Assembly (NCBI GenBank): GCA_964608505.1
Contig: CAZSOV010000004.1
Span: 4,098-68,097, forward strand
Source: an uncultured Verrucomicrobiota bacterium
GTDB taxonomy: Bacteria > Verrucomicrobiota > Verrucomicrobiia > Limisphaerales > CAIMTB01
Direction: 5' to 3'
Length of the DNA stretch: 64,000 nt
Shown here: in pieces, positions 53,880 through 62,994 of the stretch
Layout: the number at the start of each line of letters is the position of its first letter
How positions within the stretch are numbered: the stretch's first letter is position 1
Program-made: the position numbers and the translations under genes
Notes under the pieces: model-generated
Seen by the model: the letters and a program-made list of their open reading frames with translations, nothing else
Told to the model about the DNA's origin: nothing
Databases searched by the model: none

Positions 53880-56288
53880 ATGCGCGCTACGTTCTGCAAG
53901 GCTTTGGTGTCGGGTGTCCTCGTCAGCGTTTTGCCGTGGAGTGGGACCGCCGAGGACGGGCTGAATCTCCCCTTGCCGGTACCCCAGGAACGATCCGCGG
54001 CGACCGCGCGACTATCCAAGACGGTGGTGGAAACCCGTCCGCTGGATGACATGGAGCGTCCGGAGGGGTGGAGTGGATTCGGGCCCGGGGCAATGTCGTT
54101 TACGGAGGAACGGGCGCGGAACGGGCGCCGGTCGGTGCGCTGGACGTCGCCAACGAAGCTGGATCGCCCGGGGCCGGTCCTGGGGCGTCCCTTCGGGGAG
54201 ACCGGGGTGCGGCGGGCGTTTCCGGGGGAGGACTGGACGCCGTTCAACCGCCTGAGTTTTCAAGTGTTTCCCCATCTGCCTGGTTTCCGGACGATTTCGT
54301 TGCTGATCAAGTTTCGGGCGCAAGGCAGCGAGTCCTGGCCGTACACGTTTGGCCATCTGCATCATGTCCTGCTACAGGCGGACACTTGGAATCACGTGGT
54401 TTGGGAGATCCCGCACCTGCCCAGGACGCAGGTGACGGGCTTGGATTTCGTCTATCGGCTGCAGGGAAACGAGCGGGGGGCAACGGAGACGGTGCAGTTC
54501 GACCTCGACGATTTGCGGTTGGAGCGGGTGGACGAACCGGATCCGTGGCGGGGTTGGGAGGTGGCACCCGGTCGTTTGGCGTACAACCACCTCGGATATC
54601 GGAACGGAGCCAGGAAGGTCGCCGTCGCCGCGGCACCGGGATCCAGTGGTGGGAACCTGGGGTTCTCAGTCGAACGGGTGGGGGGGGAGTCGGGGGAGGG
54701 ACCGGACGCCGGCACGGCGAAAGGGAGTGGCGCGGGCGCCGGGCCGATGGCCTACCAAGGCGTGGTCCAGGTATGGACCAACGGGCTGGGGAGATTCGCG
54801 GTGCTGGACTTCTCCGACCTCCGAACGTCCGGTTCTTACAGGTTGAGATATGGATCGACGATGAGTCGACCGTTTCGGATCGGTGATGGGGTGTGGGATG
54901 AAGCCCGGCGCGCGACGGTGAATCAATATCGGTGCCAACGTTGCGGGGAGGCGGTTCCCGGGATTCACGAGGCGTGTCATTTGGATTGGCAGGTGAAACA
55001 TGGAACCGCGCGGATTCCGATCCACGGGGGTTGGCACGATGCGGGCGACTTGTCGCAGGGATTGGTCAACACCGGGGAGGCGACCCTGGCGCTGCTGGAC
55101 GCAGCCCAGCGTTTGACTGGGCGGCAGGGGACGGAATCCGGGCGGTTGGCGCGCGAAGCTCGTTGGGGAATGGAGTGGTTGCTGCGGACCCGGTTCGGGG
55201 ATGGCCACCGGTTGGGGTGGGCGACGATGGATTTCTGGACCGACGGCGTGCTGGGCAATGCGGACGATGTGGTGGTGGAGGCTGGCGACTCAGCCCTGGA
55301 CAATTTCATCGCGGCGCGGGCAGGGGCGCGGGCCGCCCGCTGGTTTCGGGAGTCGGACCCGATTTTTGCCGCGATCGCGGGGCGGACCGCGCGGGAGGAT
55401 TGGAGTTTTGCGCTGGGCCGGATGCGCTCGCCGAATACGGAGCTCGCGTCGGCGGCGATTCGGGCGGCGGTGGAACTGCATCGTTGGGATCCGCGGGACG
55501 AATACCGGGAGCGAGCCGCGGAATGGGCCCGTGGGCTGCTTGCGGCCCAGCAGGCGGAGCCGATCCCGACGTGGAAGGTGCCGCTGGCGGGGTTCTTCCA
55601 TACGGGTCCGGATCGCCGGCGTCCGCTGACCTATCCGCACCGCGGGCACCACGACGGGCCGGTGGTGGCGCTGGTAGAAATGGTGGAGGCGTTTCCAAGC
55701 CACGCGGAGGCGGGGGAATGGCGGCAGGGGGTGCGCCGCCACGCGGAGTATCTGCGGGCGACGACGGCGTTCACGGCCCCCTGGTGTTTTCCCGCGGCGG
55801 GCCTGTACCGGGCGAGCGACGCCGATCCGGGCGCGGCGGCCCAGATCCGGGAGGGGATCGAGGTGGGGGAGGGCTGGTATCTGCGCCGATTTCCGGTGTG
55901 GGGGGAAATGCGGGGCAACTCGGGCGTGTTGTTGTCGCAGGCACGGGCGTTGTCGGCGGCGGCCCGGTTGTTGCAGGACGAGGAGCTGGCGGCGCTCGCC
56001 GAGACCCAACTGGAGTGGCACCTGGGCCGGAATCCATTTGGCCAGAGCCTGATGTACGGGGTTGGACACGCGTTCACCCCCCAGTACAGCGCGATGTCGG
56101 GCGACCTCACCGGCGGGTTGCCGGTGGGGATCCAGACCCGGGGAGCGGAGGACGTGCCCTATTGGCCGGCGGCAAATTGCTACAACTACGCGGAAATCTG
56201 GGTGCACCCGTCGACGCGGTTTCTGGAGGTGTGGTCGGATCTCGAAGTTTATGCATCCGAAGGGGCTCGGGGGCCGGATAAGCAGTGA
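53880..56288 (+). CDS. GH9-like glycoside hydrolase with Ig-like (CelD_N-type) N-terminal module
   Basis: GGAGG Shine-Dalgarno sequence 11 nt before ATG 53880, then a signal peptide. HGGWHDAGD matches the GH9 GGWxDAGD signature. NYAEIW near the C-terminus contains a Glu at the expected acid position. Confidence 0.8.
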   Translation: MRATFCKALVSGVLVSVLPWSGTAEDGLNLPLPVPQERSAATARLSKTVVETRPLDDMERPEGWSGFGPGAMSFTEERARNGRRSVRWTSPTKLDRPGPVLGRPFGETGVRRAFPGEDWTPFNRLSFQVFPHLPGFRTISLLIKFRAQGSESWPYTFGHLHHVLLQADTWNHVVWEIPHLPRTQVTGLDFVYRLQGNERGATETVQFDLDDLRLERVDEPDPWRGWEVAPGRLAYNHLGYRNGARKVAVAAAPGSSGGNLGFSVERVGGESGEGPDAGTAKGSGAGAGPMAYQGVVQVWTNGLGRFAVLDFSDLRTSGSYRLRYGSTMSRPFRIGDGVWDEARRATVNQYRCQRCGEAVPGIHEACHLDWQVKHGTARIPIHGGWHDAGDLSQGLVNTGEATLALLDAAQRLTGRQGTESGRLAREARWGMEWLLRTRFGDGHRLGWATMDFWTDGVLGNADDVVVEAGDSALDNFIAARAGARAARWFRESDPIFAAIAGRTAREDWSFALGRMRSPNTELASAAIRAAVELHRWDPRDEYRERAAEWARGLLAAQQAEPIPTWKVPLAGFFHTGPDRRRPLTYPHRGHHDGPVVALVEMVEAFPSHAEAGEWRQGVRRHAEYLRATTAFTAPWCFPAAGLYRASDADPGAAAQIREGIEVGEGWYLRRFPVWGEMRGNSGVLLSQARALSAAARLLQDEELAALAETQLEWHLGRNPFGQSLMYGVGHAFTPQYSAMSGDLTGGLPVGIQTRGAEDVPYWPAANCYNYAEIWVHPSTRFLEVWSDLEVYASEGARGPDKQ

Positions 56289-56938
56289 TCGTGACGGGTC
56301 CCAGGTTCATCCCGGACTTGAATCGAGGCGCCATCCGCCTCCCTGTACGTTTTGTGACGGACGCATCCGGCACCGGCACCGATGCCGATCAGGAGCGTCG
56401 CTGGCTGGAGGCCATGGCTTCGGGGCGGCACGAGGCCCTGGCCTGCCTGTACCAGCGGCGGGGGGCGGCGCTGTATTCGTTGCTGATCCGGATGGTGGGC
56501 TCGACGGACGAGGCGGAGGAACTATTGCAGGATGCGTTCGTGCAGTTCTGGAGGCGCGCGGGCACGTACGATCCGGCGAAGGCGTCGCCGTGGACCTGGA
56601 TGGTGATGATCGCGCGAGGTCTGGCGGTGGATCGGTTGAGGTCGCGGTCACGGCGGCAGGTGCATCTGACGGCCTACGAGCAGGAGGTGGCCTCTCTGGA
56701 GGTGGAGCACGTTCGCCCGGAGACGACCCTGCTGGATCGGGAGGCGGCGGATCGGGTCGGAGAGGCGTTGCGCCGATTGTCGGATCCGCAACGGGAGGCC
56801 ATCGAACTGGCGTTCTACCGGGGTTGGAGCCACGAGGAAATTTCCCGGGCCAGCGGGCAGCCGCTGGGCACCGTGAAGTCGCATATTCGCCGGGGCATGC
56901 TCGCCCTGAGGCAAATGCTGAAGGATTTCTATGCCTGA
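56285..56938 (+). CDS. ECF (group IV) RNA polymerase sigma factor
   Basis: Region 2 is AEELLQDAFVQFWRRAGTYD. Region 4 HTH is LSDPQREAIELAFYRGWSHEEISRASGQPLGTVKSHIRRGMLAL. GTG at 56285 forms a GTGA overlap with the GH9 stop. Alternative starts are GTG 56354 and ATG 56414. Confidence 0.85.
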   Translation: MIVTGPRFIPDLNRGAIRLPVRFVTDASGTGTDADQERRWLEAMASGRHEALACLYQRRGAALYSLLIRMVGSTDEAEELLQDAFVQFWRRAGTYDPAKASPWTWMVMIARGLAVDRLRSRSRRQVHLTAYEQEVASLEVEHVRPETTLLDREAADRVGEALRRLSDPQREAIELAFYRGWSHEEISRASGQPLGTVKSHIRRGMLALRQMLKDFYA

Positions 56939-58418
56939 ACCGATCACGCGGGCGGAGGACGCCGGCCTGTATGTGCTGGATCTCCTGGATCCGGAGGCCC
57001 GGCGCGCGTTCGAGGCGGAACTCGCGATCTCGCCCGAATTGCAGCGGCAGGTCGTCGACCTGCAATCCAATCTCGAGGCGCTCGCGGTGGCCGCTCCCCC
57101 GCGTGTTCCTCCCGCCCGCGTGTGGGGTGCGATAGCCCGGCGGACTGCCGAAGCACCGGGTGCCACCGAGCCCACGCCCACGGCCTGGCATTGGGTCCGC
57201 CGGTGGCTCGCCAGCGGCTGGGCGGTCGCCGGAATCCTGGCGGCGGCCTTTCTGATTCAATGGGGTTCGGCCCTGCTTCCCACCCGGATGGCCCGCTCCG
57301 AGGTGCCGGATTTCGCGGCCCGCGACGCGGCGGCGGGTTCCGGAGATGCGGCGGGAACCCGGGCGAAATCGGGACCCAAAGGAATCGGACCGCCCCCGCC
57401 CCGGTCCCCCTCCGGAGCCGGACCGGGTGTTGCCTCCCGCTCGCAGGCGGTCGATGGCGAGGCGGAACGCCTCCGGGACCGGGTCCGGTTGCTGTCGGAT
57501 CAGGTGTCGTGGCTGATGCACGTGCTTACGCAACGGGCGGTGGTTCCCGCGGGGGCGGCCCGCCTGCAGGTGTTCCGGTTGGTGGGCACCAACGGGATGC
57601 CCGAACTCACCGGCGCGTCCGGACCTGATTTCCGCGCCCCCGGCCCGGCGGCCCCGGTGCAGTCCACGCCGGCCACGCCGGACGTGGCTGCCACTTCGCC
57701 CACGCCAAGGCCCGCAACCACGGTGCCGGAGGCGAGTGAAACCGCGCCTGACTACACCTATGCCTTGGCGCTGACCGCCGCCCGCCAGTTGGCCAGTACC
57801 GCACCCCTCCAGACGCCGCCCAACCGGTTTCTGACGGATCCCGCCGGACGAACCCCGATTTCGACCGATGCCGTGCCGGGGAGCGGTCTGGCGGAGGACG
57901 CGGGTGCCGGGTTGGCAACGGGGGGCGATGTTTCAAACCCCTCCGCCGCGGGACATCCGGAACCGATCCAGATCGTCGATCTGTCCACCTCGAGCCCGGT
58001 GGTCACGACGCTTCCCGGGGGGACGGATCAGGACCCGGTGTCGGCCCCGGTCGCCGGCGCGGCTGCGGATCCCGCGTTGGTTTCGGCGTCGGATGGTTCG
58101 GCCTTCGGAGCGTATGCTCCCGACACGGGTGCCGGGGCGATCGCCTTCCGGGTACCCGCGTCCGGCGACGAGCACGGAGTTCTTCAGCTCTGGATGACCG
58201 ACCCGCAATCGGGCCTGACGACGAGTCTTGGCTACGCACCATTGGGGACATGGACGGTGGATTCGTCGGTGCTGGTGATGCGGTTCCAGTACGAGGGAAT
58301 TACGGGTTCGATGCCGACGTTCATGGTGACCCGCGAGCCTCCGGGGGGCTCGATTGTTCCCACGGGTCCGGTGGTGGTGCATCCCCCCACGAACACGCCC
58401 CACCCGCCGAATCCGTGA
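56931..58418 (+). CDS. anti-sigma factor, RskA-like (one TM segment, long Pro/Ala/Thr-rich periplasmic linker)
   Basis: Overlaps the sigma gene by 8 nt. N-terminal anti-sigma domain AGLYVLDLLDPEARRAFEAELAISPELQRQV. TM segment WLASGWAVAGILAAAFLIQW. C-terminal LQLWMTDPQSG...FMVTREPPGGSIVPTGPVVV is RskA-like. Confidence 0.8.
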   Translation: MPEPITRAEDAGLYVLDLLDPEARRAFEAELAISPELQRQVVDLQSNLEALAVAAPPRVPPARVWGAIARRTAEAPGATEPTPTAWHWVRRWLASGWAVAGILAAAFLIQWGSALLPTRMARSEVPDFAARDAAAGSGDAAGTRAKSGPKGIGPPPPRSPSGAGPGVASRSQAVDGEAERLRDRVRLLSDQVSWLMHVLTQRAVVPAGAARLQVFRLVGTNGMPELTGASGPDFRAPGPAAPVQSTPATPDVAATSPTPRPATTVPEASETAPDYTYALALTAARQLASTAPLQTPPNRFLTDPAGRTPISTDAVPGSGLAEDAGAGLATGGDVSNPSAAGHPEPIQIVDLSTSSPVVTTLPGGTDQDPVSAPVAGAAADPALVSASDGSAFGAYAPDTGAGAIAFRVPASGDEHGVLQLWMTDPQSGLTTSLGYAPLGTWTVDSSVLVMRFQYEGITGSMPTFMVTREPPGGSIVPTGPVVVHPPTNTPHPPNP

Positions 58419-58533
58419 TCGCGCCTTCCGTCCGGTCGGGCCCGCGCCGGGGCGAAGTGCGGCGGGCGTGGTTGGGAACCGAACCGACCCACGCGCGGCG
58501 GCGGACGCGGGGGCGGACCCCGGGAAATTCCGT

Positions 58534-58634
58534 GGACGGAAAGGCCCGCGCTTCGGGCGTTCGAAATGCGTTGCCGTGTATCTGCCCTTGCCGGGAGGAG
58601 CCAACGCACGTTCGGAGCGCGGACCTTTCCGTCC
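58534..58634 (+). other. long imperfect hairpin (candidate structured RNA or processing element)
   Basis: 58534-58560 pairs with 58608-58634 over 27 positions: one C-A mismatch and three G-U pairs. A 7-nt bulge follows, then 6 more pairs (58568-58573 with 58602-58607) and a 28-nt loop. The wobble pairs only form on the + strand transcript. Confidence 0.45.
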
Positions 58635-58749
58635 CGGCGCGCCGCTGAATGGATGATGCCCAATGCCCAGGGCTTTTGTGTTGAGTCCGCGTGATCGGGC
58701 CGGTCGGGGAGATTGTTGCGGCGAGGGGCAGGGGGCGGAAGAGTGGGGC

Positions 58750-59790
58750 ATGACAACGGGCGGACGGGTACCGATCGGGCCGGAGGAACGCAGGCGGATC
58801 GAGGCGCTGGTGGGGGCGCGCGCCGGGGCGGGGCATCCCACGGCGGACCTCGTGGCGGACGTCATGGAGAGCGCGCTGAAGATGCTCGAGGACGTACGGG
58901 ACCGTGGGGATGCGCGGTTGATGGCGACGGCCATGCGCGAGCTGCGGTATTCGTGTCGATTATTCGAGCCGTACGCGCATCGCCGCAAGGTCTCGGTCTT
59001 TGGATCGGCGCGGACGCAACCGGGGAAGGAGGAATACCGGATGGCGGTGGAGTTGGGGCGCCAGTTGCAGGCGGCGGGCTACATGGTGATCACCGGGGCG
59101 GGCCCCGGGATCATGCAGGCGGGGCACGAGGGCGCGGGGCCCGAGGCAAGTTTCGGCCTGAACATCCGGCTGCCCTGGGAGCAGGGGGCGAATCCGGTGA
59201 TCAGCGGGGACGAGAAATTGATCACGTTCCGCTATTTCTTCACGCGCAAGCTCATGTTCATCCGGCAATCCGACGCCATCGTGCTGTTCCCGGGCGGATT
59301 CGGGACGCTGGACGAGGGATACGAGGCGCTGACCCTGATGCAGACCGGCAAGGCGAAGCTGCGTCCACTGCTGCTCATGGATCGTCCGGGAGGGACGTAC
59401 TGGAAGAGTTTCGACCGGTACGTCCGCGAGCACCTGCTGGGCGACGGGCTCATCTCGCCGGACGATCTGCACCTGTACCAGATGACCGAGCGCTGCGAGG
59501 AGGCGGTACGCTCGATCAACCGGTTCTATCGGAACTACCACTCCGCCCGTTTCGTGCGCGACTGGTACGTGATCCGGCTGCAACGGGCCCCGACGGAAGC
59601 GGCGGTGGCGGGATTGAACGAGGATTTCGGGGACATCCTGGAGGCCGGCGGTGAACTGCGCGTGGTGGCGCCGTTCGCGGACGAGGTCGAGGATGGGGAC
59701 GCGCTGGATCGGGCGCGGGTGGCATTCCGGTTCGATCGTCGTCAGTACGGACGCCTGCGGCAGCTGATCGATGCCCTGAACAACTACTGA
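58750..59790 (+). CDS. LOG-family (TIGR00730) Rossmann-fold nucleotide-binding protein with N- and C-terminal extensions
   Basis: ATG at 58750 preceded by GGAAGAG. VSVFGSAR, ITGAGPGIMQAG and LFPGGFGTLDEGYEALTLMQTGK are LOG/PpnN-type motifs. 346 aa. Confidence 0.82.
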   Translation: MTTGGRVPIGPEERRRIEALVGARAGAGHPTADLVADVMESALKMLEDVRDRGDARLMATAMRELRYSCRLFEPYAHRRKVSVFGSARTQPGKEEYRMAVELGRQLQAAGYMVITGAGPGIMQAGHEGAGPEASFGLNIRLPWEQGANPVISGDEKLITFRYFFTRKLMFIRQSDAIVLFPGGFGTLDEGYEALTLMQTGKAKLRPLLLMDRPGGTYWKSFDRYVREHLLGDGLISPDDLHLYQMTERCEEAVRSINRFYRNYHSARFVRDWYVIRLQRAPTEAAVAGLNEDFGDILEAGGELRVVAPFADEVEDGDALDRARVAFRFDRRQYGRLRQLIDALNNY

Positions 59791-60311
59791 GGCGGCGGCG
59801 AATCGTCGGGGTCCGAGGGGGAACGGGCGGCGGACTGGCAGGCGGCGGAGAGTCGCTGAAGGTTGGCGAGGAAGGAACGCAGTTCATCGGGGGACAGATC
59901 GCGGAGGACCTCGTCCTGCAGCCGGGCGGCGACGGTTCTGGCGGAGCGAAAACGTTGGCGTCCGGTGGGTGCCAGGCGAAGGCGGCGGGCGCGACGGTCG
60001 GACGGGTCGGTCTCGCGGGCCAGCAAACCGGACCGCTCCATGCGTTCGACGAGGGAGGCGACGGTGTTCGGGTCGGAGGCCATGCGGCGGGTGAGCTCGG
60101 ATTGGGTCAGCCCGGCGCGCCCGGCCTCGGAGAGATTGCGGAGGACGGTGAACTGGTCGGGCGTGAGGTCGAGGTGCGCAATGCGGCGGCGGAAGGCCTG
60201 GTTGAGCCCGTACCAGGCATGGCGAAGGAGGGGTGGCAGGCGGCGTTCGGACGGGGGGGCGCCTGCGGGAGGGGCGGGGGTGCGAGAACGGGGTTTGCGG
60301 GGGGAGGGCAT
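59784..60311 (-). CDS. MarR-family transcriptional regulator
   Basis: ATG at 60311. LTPDQFTVLRNLSEAGRAGLTQSELTRRMASDPNTVASLVERMERSGLLARETDPSDRRARRLRLAPTG. Its 3' end overlaps the convergent LOG gene by 7 nt. Confidence 0.85.
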   Translation of the reverse strand: MPSPRKPRSRTPAPPAGAPPSERRLPPLLRHAWYGLNQAFRRRIAHLDLTPDQFTVLRNLSEAGRAGLTQSELTRRMASDPNTVASLVERMERSGLLARETDPSDRRARRLRLAPTGRQRFRSARTVAARLQDEVLRDLSPDELRSFLANLQRLSAACQSAARSPSDPDDSPPPQ

Positions 60312-60562
60312 GGCGGATGCGGGAGATGTGATCCGGACGATGGACGCGGTTCTTGCGGGGGATGCGGGGAAGATTCGGCGGGTGGTAGGGTCGGTGCTCG
60401 GGGACGCGGGCGGACTCCGGTTCCGATGCCGCCCCGGGTCCCGGCGGCTCCCGTGCCTCTCCGGGCGCGAAATGGTACGTACAGGTATAATTCGTTTGCA
60501 AACATCCGCTTGCGTTCTAACAGTCTCGCCGGTTGTCCGTGCAACTTTTTCCAACGCCAGAC

Positions 60563-62932
60563 ATGACTTCAGAAAATCCCCTTTCGGCCAGCGGTGCTGC
60601 CCGCACGAAGTTCTCCCGTATCGCGGTCCTGGCCGGGCTTGGTTCCCTGCTGGGGGGAGGCTGGACCGCGCAGGGAGCGGTGACCGGCTGGTTGTCCTGG
60701 CGGGGCCCTGAGCAAAGCGGCGTCTCCCGCGAGACGGGGTTGCCGGAACGGATCGGGTCCGCGGGCGAGGCGCTGTGGGTGGCGGACTGGGGCGGCCAGT
60801 CGACGCCCGTCATCGCCAACGGTCGGCTGTACGTGATGGGGTACAAGGACGACGGGCCGGACCTTCAGGAGGGGGTGGCCTGTCTCGACGCCGAAACGGG
60901 GAAGCCGCTCTGGCGAAAGACCTTCAACGATTTCCTGAGCGACACCATCTACCTGCGGTATTCGACGGCGACGCCGGCCATCGATGCGGAGTCGGGTCAG
61001 GTGTACACGCTGGGCACCCAGGGATTGCTGGCCGCTTTCACGGCGGATGGGGAACTGGTGTGGAGCCATTCGCTGATGGAGAAGTTCGGGCGGTTGACGT
61101 TCCCGAACAGCCGCACCGCGTCCCCGGTGGTGGATGGGGATCTGGTCATCACCCGGGGCATCACGAGCAACTGGGGCGCCCAGGGCGCGGCCGGGGACCG
61201 GTTCTACGCGTTCGACAAGAAGACGGGCGAGCTCGTCTGGTCCTCGAGTCCGGGCGGACGACCGATGGACAATTCCTTTTCGCAGCCCTACCTGACCTGG
61301 CTGCGGGGCAAGCGGGTGGCCATCGCGGCGAGCGGTGACGGATCGGTGGTCTGCCTCAACGCGCGGACCGGCGATCCGATCTGGCGGGTGCCGCTGGCGA
61401 AGGCGGGCATCAACGCCACGGCGCTGGTGCACAACAACGACAAGGTGATCGCCATCTACGGCACGCCGTACGAGCCGGGTCAGCTGGTGGCCTTCCGCAT
61501 TCCCGATGTCGAGCCGGCGAATGCGGCGAGCGCGCCCGTCGTCGTGGAGCGTTCCGCGGTGGAGCTTTGGTCGGACCCCGAGATTTCGACGTCGACGAGT
61601 TCCCCGATTCTGGTGGGGGACCGGTTGTACGTGACGAAGGAGAAGGGGGATTTGGTGGCGGTGGACGTGATGACGGTCAAGGTCGCGTGGTCGTTCCAGC
61701 TGGGCATCGAGCAGCGGAATTCCTCCCCGTTGTATGCGGACGGCAAGATCTACGCGCCGATTCTCGACAACCCGGTGGGTAAGGATGCGGGCACGGCGGG
61801 CGAGGCGGGGAGCAAGGGCGGCTTCTACATCCTGCGGGACAAGGGGACGTCGGCGGAGGCCCTGACGCACATCGAACTGGACGGGCGCTGTTTCGGAACC
61901 CCGGTGGCGTATAACGGCAAGGTCTATCTCCAGACCGCCCGCAAGCTGTACGCGTTCGGCAAGGCCGGGAACAACCCCGGGCTGCCTCCGGCGGTCGCCG
62001 CGCCGGCCTGGCCCAAACCGGGACCGGCAGCCCAGCTTCAGATCATTCCGTCGGAGGTCCTTCTCCATCCGGGCAGCAAGGCGTCGTTTCGCGCCCGGAA
62101 GCTGGATGCCAACGGGCTGTTCGTGGAGGACGTCCGGGATCCCAAGAGCCTGACTTGGAGCTCCTACATTCCGCCGACCGCGCTGGTGAAGGCGACGATG
62201 GACGGCCGGTTCAACGCGCAGGGCGAGCTCGAAGTGGCTCCGGGCGCGCGGACTTCCGCCGGGGCCTTCGAGGCCAAACTGGACGGTCTGAAGGGTTACA
62301 TTCGCGGTCGCGTGCTGCCGAACCTGCCGATCCGGGAGAACTTCGAGGGCTTCGAACTGAGCGGGATGACCACGAACACCGTCGAGCCCCCGACCGCCTT
62401 TGCCTATCCGCCCTTGCCCTGGATCGGGGCGCGGTTTCGGTTCGAGGTCCGCGAGGTCGACGGCACCAAGGCGCTGACCAAGACCATCGACAACAAACTG
62501 TTCCAACGGGGCACGGCCTTCATCGGCGAGGCGGGGATGAGCCGTTACACGATCCAGGCGGACGTTCGGAGCGAGGGCACCCGACGGAAGATGTCGGAAG
62601 TGGGCGTGGTGAATCAGCGGTACATCATCGTGCTGAAGGGCAACTCCCAGGAACTCGAGGTGAACTCCAACCAGGAGCGCCTGAAGGTGGCGGTGCCGTT
62701 CCGCTGGCAGCCGAACGCCTGGTACACCCTGAAGGCCCGGGTCGATCTGGCGGACGACCACACCGGCGTCGTCCGGGCCAAGGCCTGGAAACGCGGCGAT
62801 CCCGAGCCCGCGGCCTGGACCATCGAGGTGCCGCACAAAACGGCGCATCGCGAGGGCTCGCCCGGCCTCTATGCCCTCAGCCCGCAGGAAATGCGGGTGT
62901 TCATCGACAACGTCCAGGTCACCGCGAATTGA
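60563..62932 (+). CDS. secreted PQQ-like beta-propeller protein with C-terminal jelly-roll (LamG/DUF1080-like) region
   Basis: ATG at 60563 (TTG at 60533 is in frame). WLSWRGPEQSG, TPVIANGRLYVMG, DAETGKPLW and DKKTGELVW are PQQ/BamB-like blade motifs. 789 aa. Confidence 0.85.
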   Translation: MTSENPLSASGAARTKFSRIAVLAGLGSLLGGGWTAQGAVTGWLSWRGPEQSGVSRETGLPERIGSAGEALWVADWGGQSTPVIANGRLYVMGYKDDGPDLQEGVACLDAETGKPLWRKTFNDFLSDTIYLRYSTATPAIDAESGQVYTLGTQGLLAAFTADGELVWSHSLMEKFGRLTFPNSRTASPVVDGDLVITRGITSNWGAQGAAGDRFYAFDKKTGELVWSSSPGGRPMDNSFSQPYLTWLRGKRVAIAASGDGSVVCLNARTGDPIWRVPLAKAGINATALVHNNDKVIAIYGTPYEPGQLVAFRIPDVEPANAASAPVVVERSAVELWSDPEISTSTSSPILVGDRLYVTKEKGDLVAVDVMTVKVAWSFQLGIEQRNSSPLYADGKIYAPILDNPVGKDAGTAGEAGSKGGFYILRDKGTSAEALTHIELDGRCFGTPVAYNGKVYLQTARKLYAFGKAGNNPGLPPAVAAPAWPKPGPAAQLQIIPSEVLLHPGSKASFRARKLDANGLFVEDVRDPKSLTWSSYIPPTALVKATMDGRFNAQGELEVAPGARTSAGAFEAKLDGLKGYIRGRVLPNLPIRENFEGFELSGMTTNTVEPPTAFAYPPLPWIGARFRFEVREVDGTKALTKTIDNKLFQRGTAFIGEAGMSRYTIQADVRSEGTRRKMSEVGVVNQRYIIVLKGNSQELEVNSNQERLKVAVPFRWQPNAWYTLKARVDLADDHTGVVRAKAWKRGDPEPAAWTIEVPHKTAHREGSPGLYALSPQEMRVFIDNVQVTAN

Positions 62933-62994
62933 TCCGGTCCGGCCTCGATTCCCGAAGCGTTCATCCCCGTCGTTCGTCTCCGTTCTCACATTCC

